Positions 9,853 through 17,540 of a stretch of DNA of 43,780 bases are shown here, in pieces. The stretch's first letter is position 1, and every line of letters begins with the position of its first letter. Under the pieces are notes generated by a model. It searched no databases, had not been told where the DNA came from, and saw nothing but the letters and a program-made list of their open reading frames with translations. A program made the translations under genes and the position numbers. Source of the stretch: a virus (lineage: Duplodnaviria; Caudoviricetes); IMG/VR virus record IMGVR_UViG_3300005144_000001, positions 1 through 43,780 of that record; one strand, given 5' to 3'.

Positions 9853-10137
9853 AACGTAAGTACGACAAAAGATACTAGAGTTGATGCCCTCAAGAGTTTA
9901 GGAGATTATGACCCCGCTAAACCATCCAATGATCCAGCATTTTCTCGACTTATTTTAGACGCAGGATATACTCAAAAAGAATGGGATGAATATCAAGCAA
10001 CCAAGGATGAGTGTTCGTCAACTGAAGAATGGATTCGTACCCGTAGCCCAAAGTATGACAAGATGGCACGCGATTTTCAGAAAGCACTTGAAAAGTTGGA
10101 GGATATGGAATATGACGAAAACAATCGCAAAGACTGA
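9853..10137 (+). pseudogene. Start-less 94-codon open frame, possible gene remnant
   Basis: Protein-like frame ...DPAFSRLILDAGYTQKEWDEYQ...KALEKLEDMEYDENNRKD*, bounded by TAA at 9850 and with no early ATG. A short ATG ORF at ~9753 may be its frameshifted 5' part. Confidence 0.3.
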
Positions 10138-10176
10138 TAAATTAAAGATCTATTTCTATTGAGATTGTATAGGTGA

Positions 10177-10318
10177 CGCTGCTCTGTGCACTTCGGAGAA
10201 CATCTTCGAGTCCCTACGGAGTGACTTCTCCGTTTGGAAGAACCACCACTTTCCTTACACTACGTAAGAGTGGAATTCAGAAAGGAAACTTCCTCAGAAG
10301 TAAATAGTCGGAGCAGTG
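10177..10318 (+). ncRNA. Putative multi-branch structured RNA in the leader of the retron operon
   Basis: Closing stem CGCTGCTCTG (10177-86) / CGGAGCAGTG (10309-18) with 2 G-U pairs. Internal stems CGGAGAA/TTCTCCG, CCACT..CTTAC/GTAAG..AGTGG and AGGA/TCCT. Confidence 0.35.
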
Positions 10319-10342
10319 ATGGCAGGGGGTAATAGCAGGCTA
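10306..10342 (+). repeat. Direct repeat copy 1 flanking the retron module
   Basis: AGTCGGAGCAGTGATGGCAGGGGGTAATAGCAGGCTA; 31/37 identical to 13296-13332. Both copies are preceded by AACTTCCT 10-11 nt upstream. Confidence 0.7.
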
Positions 10343-10490
10343 GTATCTGTTCTATTTGCCTTGACCGCAGAAGAAGCTTGTTGTCAGTTCTTTATTGCTA
10401 TAGATTAAATTTTTTACTAAAAAACCCGAGCTTCAGTTTTTGGGTGCCAGCCAGAATGGGTAATTTCCCGTTCTCAACTCAAATCCGCAT

Positions 10491-11345
10491 ATGCCAACAT
10501 TAAAACAACTTGCTGAAAAGAAACCAACTCGCAACGACAGGCCATCACGAAAGCTGGTTCTTGACCATAAAACACTGCTCTTTCAGCCCGGAAAAATTAC
10601 CGTGGTAGGTTCACGCCCTGGGATGGGACGTACTCTGTTAATGCTTTACCTTTTCTCTTTGTTACATAAACAAAACAGCGGCCTTCAGCATCATTATATT
10701 ACCAACGAGGAAGAGGCTGAAGGACTGTATCAGAAGCTGTTCTCTACCGTTACCGGCCTGAATTATCAGATGCCATTGGTTCAGCGGAACCAGGTGATAT
10801 TCGAACATCCGGTTTTATTTAGCGACAAGGTAGGTATTTCCGCCATCCAGGTAAGTTGGGAAAACCTGAAAAGCAGCCTGGAAGAAAAGCTCAAGAAAGA
10901 ACCAATCGACTTTTTATATCTCGACAAAATACAGGGGATGTTTTCGGAAAAATCATTCCGCAACCGGGAGCAGGAGTTACACCATATCATCAGTGAACTC
11001 AGGATCATGAGTCAGAAATACCAAATCAGCACTATTATTGCGTCCTCCCTGAACCGGTTTGTGGATAACCGCACCGGTCGCCGGCCGTACCTTTCTGACC
11101 TTCGCGATACCGGTGCTCTCGAGGACCTGACGGACCTCATCCTTTTGCTTTTCCGTCAGGAGTATTATGGCTTTACTGAAGACGAGTATGGAAACAATCT
11201 GGAGGGAGTGGCCGAAGTAAGCATCGCGAAGAACCGGATGGGCGAAACCGGTACTATCCGATTGAGTTTTGATAAAAATGCCCCATGTTTTAAACCCTAT
11301 GAAGGGAGTACTTTCAGTTTTACTGACGAGTTCAGAAGATTATAA
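10491..11345 (+). CDS. Stand-alone DnaB-like helicase C-terminal (RecA-fold) domain, degenerate
   Basis: GSRPGMGRT (Walker A K->R), FLYLDKIQ (Walker B), ASSLNR (vs LSQLNR), RPYLSDLRDTGALEDLTD, IAKNRMG. Only 284 aa, with no N-terminal primase-binding domain. Confidence 0.85.
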   Translation: MPTLKQLAEKKPTRNDRPSRKLVLDHKTLLFQPGKITVVGSRPGMGRTLLMLYLFSLLHKQNSGLQHHYITNEEEAEGLYQKLFSTVTGLNYQMPLVQRNQVIFEHPVLFSDKVGISAIQVSWENLKSSLEEKLKKEPIDFLYLDKIQGMFSEKSFRNREQELHHIISELRIMSQKYQISTIIASSLNRFVDNRTGRRPYLSDLRDTGALEDLTDLILLLFRQEYYGFTEDEYGNNLEGVAEVSIAKNRMGETGTIRLSFDKNAPCFKPYEGSTFSFTDEFRRL

Positions 11346-11351
11346 ACCCAT

Positions 11352-11499
11352 GAACCACTGTCCTACAAAGACCATGTGTGTAACCGTTAAAAAGTTATGC
11401 AGTTGGATTGTGTTCCGCAATCTGTAATGCACCAGGAAGCAGCGACTTTTTCTCATACTTCGCAAAAGTCGGCCAAAGAGATGGTTGGGACAGTGGTTT
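11352..11499 (+). ncRNA. Retron msr-msd non-coding RNA
   Basis: Perfect 11-bp a1/a2 inverted repeat AACCACTGTCC (11353-63) / GGACAGTGGTT (11488-98), extended by ACCAT/ATGGT. Internal hairpins GATTGTG-ttc-CGCAATC (11406-22) and CGACTTTT (11443-50) / AAAAGTCG (11464-71). Lies directly upstream of the RT. Confidence 0.8.
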
Positions 11500-11515
11500 T
11501 TTTTAGTCAACAGAG

Positions 11516-12478
11516 ATGAATTATACCTTAGAAGAAAAGAAAAGTCTGGCAGCGAGATTCCTTGAATTGCGCACTGTTCCCGGTTTTTTATTACTGATGG
11601 ATATCTCATTGCCCTATCTGAAAGGGATGGTTCGGCACCCTTTGTATAAGGTCTGGCAAATCACCAACAAAAAGGGAAAGAAGAGAAACCTGTGTGAACC
11701 TTCCTGGTACCTGAAATTAAAACAGAAGCAATTGAATACCTATCTAAATGCAGTTTACTTTGACATTATACCGGAAAGTACCTATGGCTTTATCAGAAAG
11801 CCAGTAGACGGGACAGAGAGACGGGATTTTTTGATTAATGCAGCACAACATTGCGGGCGGCCTTTTGTCATCAATGCGGATATTCGGAACTTTTTTGACT
11901 CCATCCAACCACGACAAGTACGAGATGTCTTCCTGAAAGCTCCTTTCCATTTTGATGAGGAACTGGCATCGGCTATCGCATTCTTTTGTTTGAACCGACG
12001 AACATTGCCAACCGGGTCGCCTACATCGCCTATCTTGTCAAACTTCATCATGCTGGAGGTTGATCGACAATTGCAAGCATTAGCGAGTCAATACCAATAT
12101 ACTTACACCCGGTATGCGGATGATCTGACTTTTTCCGGAGAGGAACGCCCCCCAGCTGAATTCAAAAGACAACTTACAGCGATTCTGAGCACGCATGGTT
12201 TTCGGCTGAACCAACGGAAATACCGGGTACTATCGCGATTTGGCAGGCAAACGGTCACGGGCATTGTCGTGAATGAAAAACCTAATGTTAATCGAAAATA
12301 CAAAAAAGAGGTTCGGGCCATGCGGTACGACTGGAAGACTTACGGAGCCGAAGTAGCGGCCCGGAACCATTACAAAAACCCGGATATTGATGACAACCAG
12401 GTTGAACGGTTCAAACGGACGGTAGAAGCCAGGGAACAATATATCAGACAAGTAGAAACCTTAAATCGAAAAAAATGA
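11516..12478 (+). CDS. Retron-type reverse transcriptase
   Basis: Region X NAAQH, ADIRNFFDSI, LPTGSPTSPILSN, YTRYADDLTFS, region Y QTVTGIVVN; 320 aa with no fused domain. Confidence 0.92.
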   Translation: MNYTLEEKKSLAARFLELRTVPGFLLLMDISLPYLKGMVRHPLYKVWQITNKKGKKRNLCEPSWYLKLKQKQLNTYLNAVYFDIIPESTYGFIRKPVDGTERRDFLINAAQHCGRPFVINADIRNFFDSIQPRQVRDVFLKAPFHFDEELASAIAFFCLNRRTLPTGSPTSPILSNFIMLEVDRQLQALASQYQYTYTRYADDLTFSGEERPPAEFKRQLTAILSTHGFRLNQRKYRVLSRFGRQTVTGIVVNEKPNVNRKYKKEVRAMRYDWKTYGAEVAARNHYKNPDIDDNQVERFKRTVEAREQYIRQVETLNRKK

Positions 12479-13233
12479 ATCGAATCAATTCACTGAAAAA
12501 GTTAGTAGCAGACCTTAAATCAAGCAATGAGAAAAATGAGTTCAAGTATATTGGAACGGGTAATCCCAATGCCGATATCTTGATTATCGGGAAAGAGGCG
12601 TCCATCCATCAAAATGATAAACAGAAAGAATGGGAAATCGATAATAATCTGGAAGACTGGTATGACCTCACTGAAGAAGACTCTCTACCGAAGATTGGTC
12701 AATGGCCTGAAACCAAATACTCGCCATTATATCCCTACAAAGGACAGAAATTCAATATCGACCGTGGAACAAATAACGGTGGTACGAGTCCGACCTGGTA
12801 CAACTACCAAAAGCTCATCAACCGGATTTATCCGGAGAATAACGATTCCCAAATTAACTTTCACGAAAAAGTATTCATCACCGAAGTGAATTCTACCCCC
12901 AGTTTAAAAACGACAGAAGCTGACATGACATCTATTTCTTTTAGAAAGAAAAAAGTATTGTCGTCAGATTTCTTTCAGTCTTTTCCTGTTGTTATTGTCT
13001 CAGGATTAGGCTATTTCGACATTCAGGAGGGACGAAATGAGATTGAGGAAATATTCGGGGTGAAGTTCCAGCGTGAGGAACACCCGAATGGAAAAAAGAC
13101 TCAACAGTATTTTTACCATGAAGCTGAAGATGGTCGGAAAATTCTCATTAACACACGGCAATTAGGTATGGTTGTTTCCAATGCCAGACTCGATATGATG
13201 GCAAAAGAAATCAAGAATTTTATTTCTGAGTAA
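12475..13233 (+). CDS. Uracil-DNA-glycosylase-superfamily-like protein (candidate retron effector)
   Basis: N-terminal YIGTGNPNADILIIGKE resembles UDG motif A; the C-terminal HPS motif is replaced by NTRQL. ATGA overlap with the RT stop. Confidence 0.5.
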   Translation: MNRINSLKKLVADLKSSNEKNEFKYIGTGNPNADILIIGKEASIHQNDKQKEWEIDNNLEDWYDLTEEDSLPKIGQWPETKYSPLYPYKGQKFNIDRGTNNGGTSPTWYNYQKLINRIYPENNDSQINFHEKVFITEVNSTPSLKTTEADMTSISFRKKKVLSSDFFQSFPVVIVSGLGYFDIQEGRNEIEEIFGVKFQREEHPNGKKTQQYFYHEAEDGRKILINTRQLGMVVSNARLDMMAKEIKNFISE

Positions 13234-13277
13234 GCCTCATAAAAGTTGTTGTTGGTACAAGAATGATACTAAAATAA

Positions 13278-13332
13278 AACTTCCTGCCACCACTCAGTCG
13301 GGGTAGTGAGGGCAGGGAGTTGTAGCAGGCTA
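13278..13332 (+). repeat. Direct repeat copy 2 with AAC...GTT-bounded hairpin
   Basis: Stem AACTTCCTGCC (13278-88) / GGCAGGGAGTT (13311-21). 13296-13332 matches 10306-10342 at 31/37. Confidence 0.7.
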
Positions 13333-13358
13333 ATGCAATTTTTTTGCAGGTATTTTTT

Positions 13359-13558
13359 ATGAGAGCGGCAGGCGAAAAGGCACGAAGCATGCTTGTCGTG
13401 ATTGTAACAGTCTCACCGAAAAATGCGAGGAATTGGGGTTCCTCAAAATTGAAGAGGGGTACTACACACATCCTAAAACGGGAGGTCAACAACATCGGAA
13501 GTACCAATTGACCCTAATGCAGACTTTCGATTTAATGACCGATAAAGTCCCTGGTTAG
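13359..13558 (+). pseudogene. Rha-family phage regulatory protein remnant
   Basis: Frame from 13385 reads KHACRDCNSLTEKCEELGFLKIEEGYYTHPKTGGQQHRKYQLTLMQTFDLMT, which I recognise as Bacteroidetes Rha-like. It is out of frame with ATG 13359 and truncated after DLMT. Confidence 0.6.
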
Positions 13559-14201
13559 AAGACACTATTACTGTAAATATGTATCAAAAAAGCTGTATCA
13601 TAATTGCTAAAATAGTTACTTGTTGTTTATTGATAATCTTTACTTTACATGTTTTTTGTGTAAAATTAAATTTGCAACTATTACACCATGTTATTTCGTC
13701 TCAAATATAGACCATATAAAGGGTTATTTACAATGTAATTTCTTCGAAATGATTTATCGCTTCGTTGGCTCTCATTTTTATATTCCCCAAACTGCTTCAT
13801 CTCTTTTTTGTATCCAGCAGTTTAATTTCATTTTGTGAAAACAGAATAATATATCTTATGGCTGAAGATGGCACTTTAGGTGGTATGTTATTAATCCAGT
13901 TTTTCCAAAACCAACACTTCCAGTTCTAGGTTGAATAATATTCAGACGTAACATAATTGGGTTTTGTAAAATGTATTAGTGTTAAAAGTAGGGGTTGCTA
14001 AATAGGAATATATAGAGGCTGCCTACGGATCTGGAAAGGGGGACAAAGAGCATTAATATAAAAAGGACAACTATTGTGTTGCCCTTTAAATCATTTAAAT
14101 AGGAATATAGAATGAATATTAGTCACAAAGGTTCTATCGTTAAGAACAGTAGAAATGAATAATTCCTATACATTAAATGTCGATTATTTAAGTTTGTCTC
14201 G

Positions 14202-14981
14202 TTATGCACGCATTTTTTCCTTAATCAGATTTGCAACAAAATCAAGCCCCTTCTTGGTCCAATAGAAGACAATCTCTGCTTTGTCAGTAAATCCCTCATT
14301 TCCTTCTTCAGAAATAGGTTCTAGAATATTTACATAAAAACCTTTATTTTCAAATTCCGGCTTCATTCTATTCACAATATCATCAAAGTAAATAATATCC
14401 CAGTATTCCGATAGTAGCCAAACAATCTCTTCCTTCAAGTTTAACTTGTTGCCCAAATCCTTCATTGAATATAGATTCGTATTTTGGAAGGGTACTAAGT
14501 TTATTTTTGAGTTTGTTACAACAACGCGCATTCTTTCATCTGAATTCTTATCAACTTCAAAACCTGCTATACTAAACTTCGGTTCAAAGTTGGTATCCCA
14601 TTCTTCTGTGTCAATCGATTTTCTAACAATAGTGGACTTTACTAAATCCCTGGTTTTTTGTCTAAGCCAAAAATAAAAATCAAGGGAAATCCATCGAGCA
14701 AATTCCTCCGCAATGTCTGAGTGTATCCACGTTCCTCGCGCCTCCCACTTCCTAGTTTTATCTGTGGTTGTTTCTGAAAGGCCAGATGTTAATTCTGAGG
14801 AGATATCTGGGGATCTAAATTTAAGCAGAAGATTTATGTAACTCTGGGTTGATTTTAGATTGAGCCAATCTGAAAGCGACTTTCCGAACGGTATCGCCAT
14901 CTCACTGGAATTAATAAATATTTGGGAGCCAAATTTAAAGTTGATAGTGAATCCGTTAAAGTCAAAAGTATGATTTTCCAT
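14202..14981 (-). CDS. KilA-N domain protein (antirepressor-like)
   Basis: FINSSEMAIPFGKSLSDWL...GTWIHSDIAEEFARWIS is KilA-N; C-terminal YWTKKGLDFV resembles KilA-C/ANT. Confidence 0.8.
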   Translation of the reverse strand: MENHTFDFNGFTINFKFGSQIFINSSEMAIPFGKSLSDWLNLKSTQSYINLLLKFRSPDISSELTSGLSETTTDKTRKWEARGTWIHSDIAEEFARWISLDFYFWLRQKTRDLVKSTIVRKSIDTEEWDTNFEPKFSIAGFEVDKNSDERMRVVVTNSKINLVPFQNTNLYSMKDLGNKLNLKEEIVWLLSEYWDIIYFDDIVNRMKPEFENKGFYVNILEPISEEGNEGFTDKAEIVFYWTKKGLDFVANLIKEKMRA

Positions 14982-15019
14982 GATGAGTTTGTTTTTCCAA
15001 TTAGTTAATTTGAACGAAA

Positions 15020-15027
15020 CAAAGCTA
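15020..15027 (-). promoter_or_regulatory. Bacteroidetes -7 promoter box for the KilA-N gene
   Basis: Minus-strand TAGCTTTG, 38 bp upstream of the ATG. Confidence 0.5.
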
Positions 15028-15407
15028 CGAATAATAAATTAAAGAATACAAAATGTCATCGATGGTATTTGAGTAAATTAAATATGTTGCACAAATAGTA
15101 TGACAAATTTGGAAGAAAGGAAAATTGTTCTATTTTTTTAATTAACAGATCATATTATTTAATAAGCTTAAGCTTAATATCTTAATTACTATTTTTACCT
15201 TAGTACGTTTACTAAACATTACTATAAACCTTTAAACTTTAGTTCTCTACTATACCTCCTTATGTCAATTGCGTTATGTTAAATATTTTATAAATAGCTG
15301 AAAATCAAATATAAAAAATTGTAATAATTACAAAAAAGTAAATTTGGAAAAAAAATCTGTTCAGAATATGACCAAATTTTGGAGAGAAAAATGGGTTTCT
15401 GATATTA

Positions 15408-15830
15408 CTACTTTTGGAATTTCTCAATTTGACTGCGTAAAAACTGTTTGTCCATCCTTAATTCATTTACCAGTTCCCACAGCATATCTTTCTCCTTGGA
15501 AACTTGTTTAAGTTTCAGACTCATGTCAATATATTGATTAATTGCTTCTTCCGATTCTTTAATGTCTTTGTCGTTTGGTTCTTTATTTTCTGTCATTTGC
15601 ATCGGTCCGATTTCGTTAAGAAGCCAATTTGCATTTAAGCGGGTATTCCTTATCAGAGCTGCAATTTGTTCGATAGTTGGCATTCTGTCTGAATATAGTA
15701 TCTGACTTAAGGACTGGACGGAAATTTCCATTTTTTCCGCCATGTCGGATTTTTTCGTCAAATTAAATTCCTCCTGTAGAAATCGATAATAGGTAAGAAA
15801 TCTTTCTTTTACCTCCTTTTTAAATTCCAT
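15408..15830 (-). CDS. XRE/CI-like HTH repressor with C-terminal coiled coil
   Basis: KSDMAEKMEISVQSLSQIL...LNANWLLNEIGPM pattern. Confidence 0.75.
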   Translation of the reverse strand: MEFKKEVKERFLTYYRFLQEEFNLTKKSDMAEKMEISVQSLSQILYSDRMPTIEQIAALIRNTRLNANWLLNEIGPMQMTENKEPNDKDIKESEEAINQYIDMSLKLKQVSKEKDMLWELVNELRMDKQFLRSQIEKFQK

Positions 15831-16021
15831 TTTGCGATAGATTTAAATATATGTAATTTAGCGAATTGATTATTGGAAATAAATATAACAAAAATATGGA
15901 TAGTGAATTTACTTGAATTATAGGAAGTTAATATTAATACTCTGAGTCGTTGAGTGACAAAAGAGAATTTTGTGGGTGTTTTTTCATAATTAAAAATAAG
16001 AGACAAAAAAGCCAATATTTG

Positions 16022-17251
16022 TTAGTCGAACGCGGAAAACACCGCTTCGATTACTCTATCGTTGGCTTCATCAACGATTTTGTAGTCTTCGTTCACATAG
16101 ATGTCAGTTGTTGTTTTCTGACCGTGCCCCAGGGCCCTTCTTATGTCGTCCATGGGTAACCTGCACACGTTTCGGGCGATGTTGGCCCAGGTGTATCGCG
16201 CCCAGTAGGTGGTAATCGGACCAATTTCCAATTCTTCTCCGATTTTCTTCAGCCACTTGTTTTGCGTTTTTGTAATGTATTTATGGTGGTTGCTCAATTC
16301 GATGAAGCGAAGCAAATGTGATTCTCCTTTGTATTTTTCCAACAGTGGCTTTAATCGGTCATGTATTTTCAGGTTGTATTTACGACCGGTTTTAGATCGA
16401 GTGTACTTTAAGCGTCCATTCTTAATATCTTCTTCCGTGAGATGGACGAGGTCAATCACATTAATTCCAACCAGCATTAAATTAATTAGGAAAAAGTCTT
16501 TCGCTACCTGTCGGTACTCATCTGGAGCCTGGTAGCTCGCGAATTTATGCATCTGTTCCAGAGACATGTCCAGATAGTCCGTTTCCTCTTTTTTTATTTT
16601 GTATTTCTTAAAAGGGTAATATTTTCCATATTCGAGATAGTCCCATTCGTAAGCCTTGTTGAAAACAGCCCGGATGTTCCGCATGTGAATGGAAATGGTA
16701 TTCACCGAATTTCCCAGGCTACTGAGATTAAAAAAAAGAGCTTCCAGGAATTGAGGTGTAATTTCGGAGAAAGGGATATCGGTCTGAGCATATCCCCATA
16801 AAGTCTCACGCGTCCATTGGTAAATCTGTGCGGTTCGGTTTTCCTTTTTAATGCCAGCCTTGTTTTTAACATTCTTGTTCAAACGGTCAATATACTCATC
16901 AATGACGGCAAAGAAACTAATTTCATCTGTTTCACTTTGTGGGGTAGAAGCTTCACCGATGTATTCGATGATTTGCTCGATGGTGAGGAATTTGCTCGGA
17001 GTTTTAATGGAAGCAATAATTTCTTCCACGTGCACTTTAATGGTCGAAAGTGCCATATTTAACTCCTGCGCTTTTGGATGCCTGACGACACGTCCGCTTT
17101 TAAACTGCGAAGGCTTTACATAAACATCAGTCGGAATCTCCCGACGAAAGCTTTTTGAGTCATTAATGGATTTATGGGTAATTCTGACTTTTACATTCGT
17201 GGTACCGTCTTTCAGGATTCGGTCTCTCACAACTAAGGAAACGCTTGCCAT
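16022..17251 (-). CDS. int: Tyrosine recombinase/integrase, Bacteroidetes type
   Basis: N-terminal arm-binding domain, SAM-like SVNTISIHMRNIRAVFNKA, GINVIDL, RSKT, YWARYTWA, ALGH, TTDIY. Adjacent to the tRNA fragment. Confidence 0.92.
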   Translation of the reverse strand: MASVSLVVRDRILKDGTTNVKVRITHKSINDSKSFRREIPTDVYVKPSQFKSGRVVRHPKAQELNMALSTIKVHVEEIIASIKTPSKFLTIEQIIEYIGEASTPQSETDEISFFAVIDEYIDRLNKNVKNKAGIKKENRTAQIYQWTRETLWGYAQTDIPFSEITPQFLEALFFNLSSLGNSVNTISIHMRNIRAVFNKAYEWDYLEYGKYYPFKKYKIKKEETDYLDMSLEQMHKFASYQAPDEYRQVAKDFFLINLMLVGINVIDLVHLTEEDIKNGRLKYTRSKTGRKYNLKIHDRLKPLLEKYKGESHLLRFIELSNHHKYITKTQNKWLKKIGEELEIGPITTYWARYTWANIARNVCRLPMDDIRRALGHGQKTTTDIYVNEDYKIVDEANDRVIEAVFSAFD

Positions 17252-17362
17252 ATCAGAGGTGATTTTGTGTACACTTTTGTGTCACCTAAAGTAGCGAATT
17301 TGTACCTGAAAGTAGGTTTGTTTTAACAAAATATTGAGAGGCTCTACAACAGGTTGGAGCAT

Positions 17363-17406
17363 AAAAAAAGCCTGAAGCGCTTGTTTTGATTGACGTTTCA
17401 GGCTTT
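17363..17406 (-). terminator. Hairpin with U-tract downstream of the tRNA 3' end
   Basis: AAAGCCTGAA...TTCAGGCTTT inverted repeat with a T-run on the minus strand. Confidence 0.6.
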
Positions 17407-17415
17407 CCAAATCTG

Positions 17416-17462
17416 TCGGGGTGACAAGATTTGAACTTGCGACCCCTCGCCCCCCAGACGAA
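17416..17462 (-). other. 3' half of tRNA-Pro(GGG) = attachment site (att core)
   Basis: Minus strand TTCGT-CTGGGGG-GCGAG-GGGTC-GCAAG-TTCAAAT-CTTGT-CACCCCG-A gives the anticodon arm, T arm and 3' acceptor strand. The 5' acceptor strand and D arm are absent. Confidence 0.85.
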
Positions 17463-17540
17463 TGGATAAAACCGTGTAAGCGTTAATAAATAAGATAGTT
17501 AAGGACTTAACAAATAGTTAACCGTACAACTAAACGTATA

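Noticed and set aside
10491-11345. Housekeeping replicative dnaB
   Set aside because: Too short, no N-terminal domain, altered Walker A lysine, accessory context.
11516-12478. RT as part of a diversity-generating retroelement targeting the tail fibre, or a group II intron
   Set aside because: Motifs are retron-type (NAxxH, VTG). I saw no avd gene, no TR/VR pair with adenine-specific mismatches, and no maturase or endonuclease domain.
801-12478. Type I-A retron (RT + PtuA ATPase + HNH)
   Set aside because: The ATPases are on the opposite strand in a separate WYL-led operon, and their partners are HDR/PLD-like, not HNH.
13560-14200. ORF 13620-13838 and surrounding AT-rich DNA
   Set aside because: Non-protein-like composition, with stops in the other frames I read; probably decayed or intergenic DNA.
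15060-15400. Short palindromes (AAGCTTAAGCTT, TTAGTA..TACTAA) as repressor operators
   Set aside because: Expected by chance in very AT-rich DNA, and no repeated consensus was found.
10287-17251. Classical integron (intI + attC array)
   Set aside because: Only two repeats, with poor RYYYAAC/GTTRRRY matches. The nearby recombinase is an arm-binding phage-type integrase with no recognisable IntI patch.
16022-17251. Integrase inactive because of GINxxDL and YWARY in place of catalytic R and HxxR
   Set aside because: To my knowledge this variant pattern is common in Bacteroidetes integrases; the ORF is intact with K, R, H and Y retained.
17416-17490. Intact tRNA-Pro gene
   Set aside because: The 5' acceptor strand (CGGGGTG) and D arm are missing; only the anticodon-to-3' part is present.
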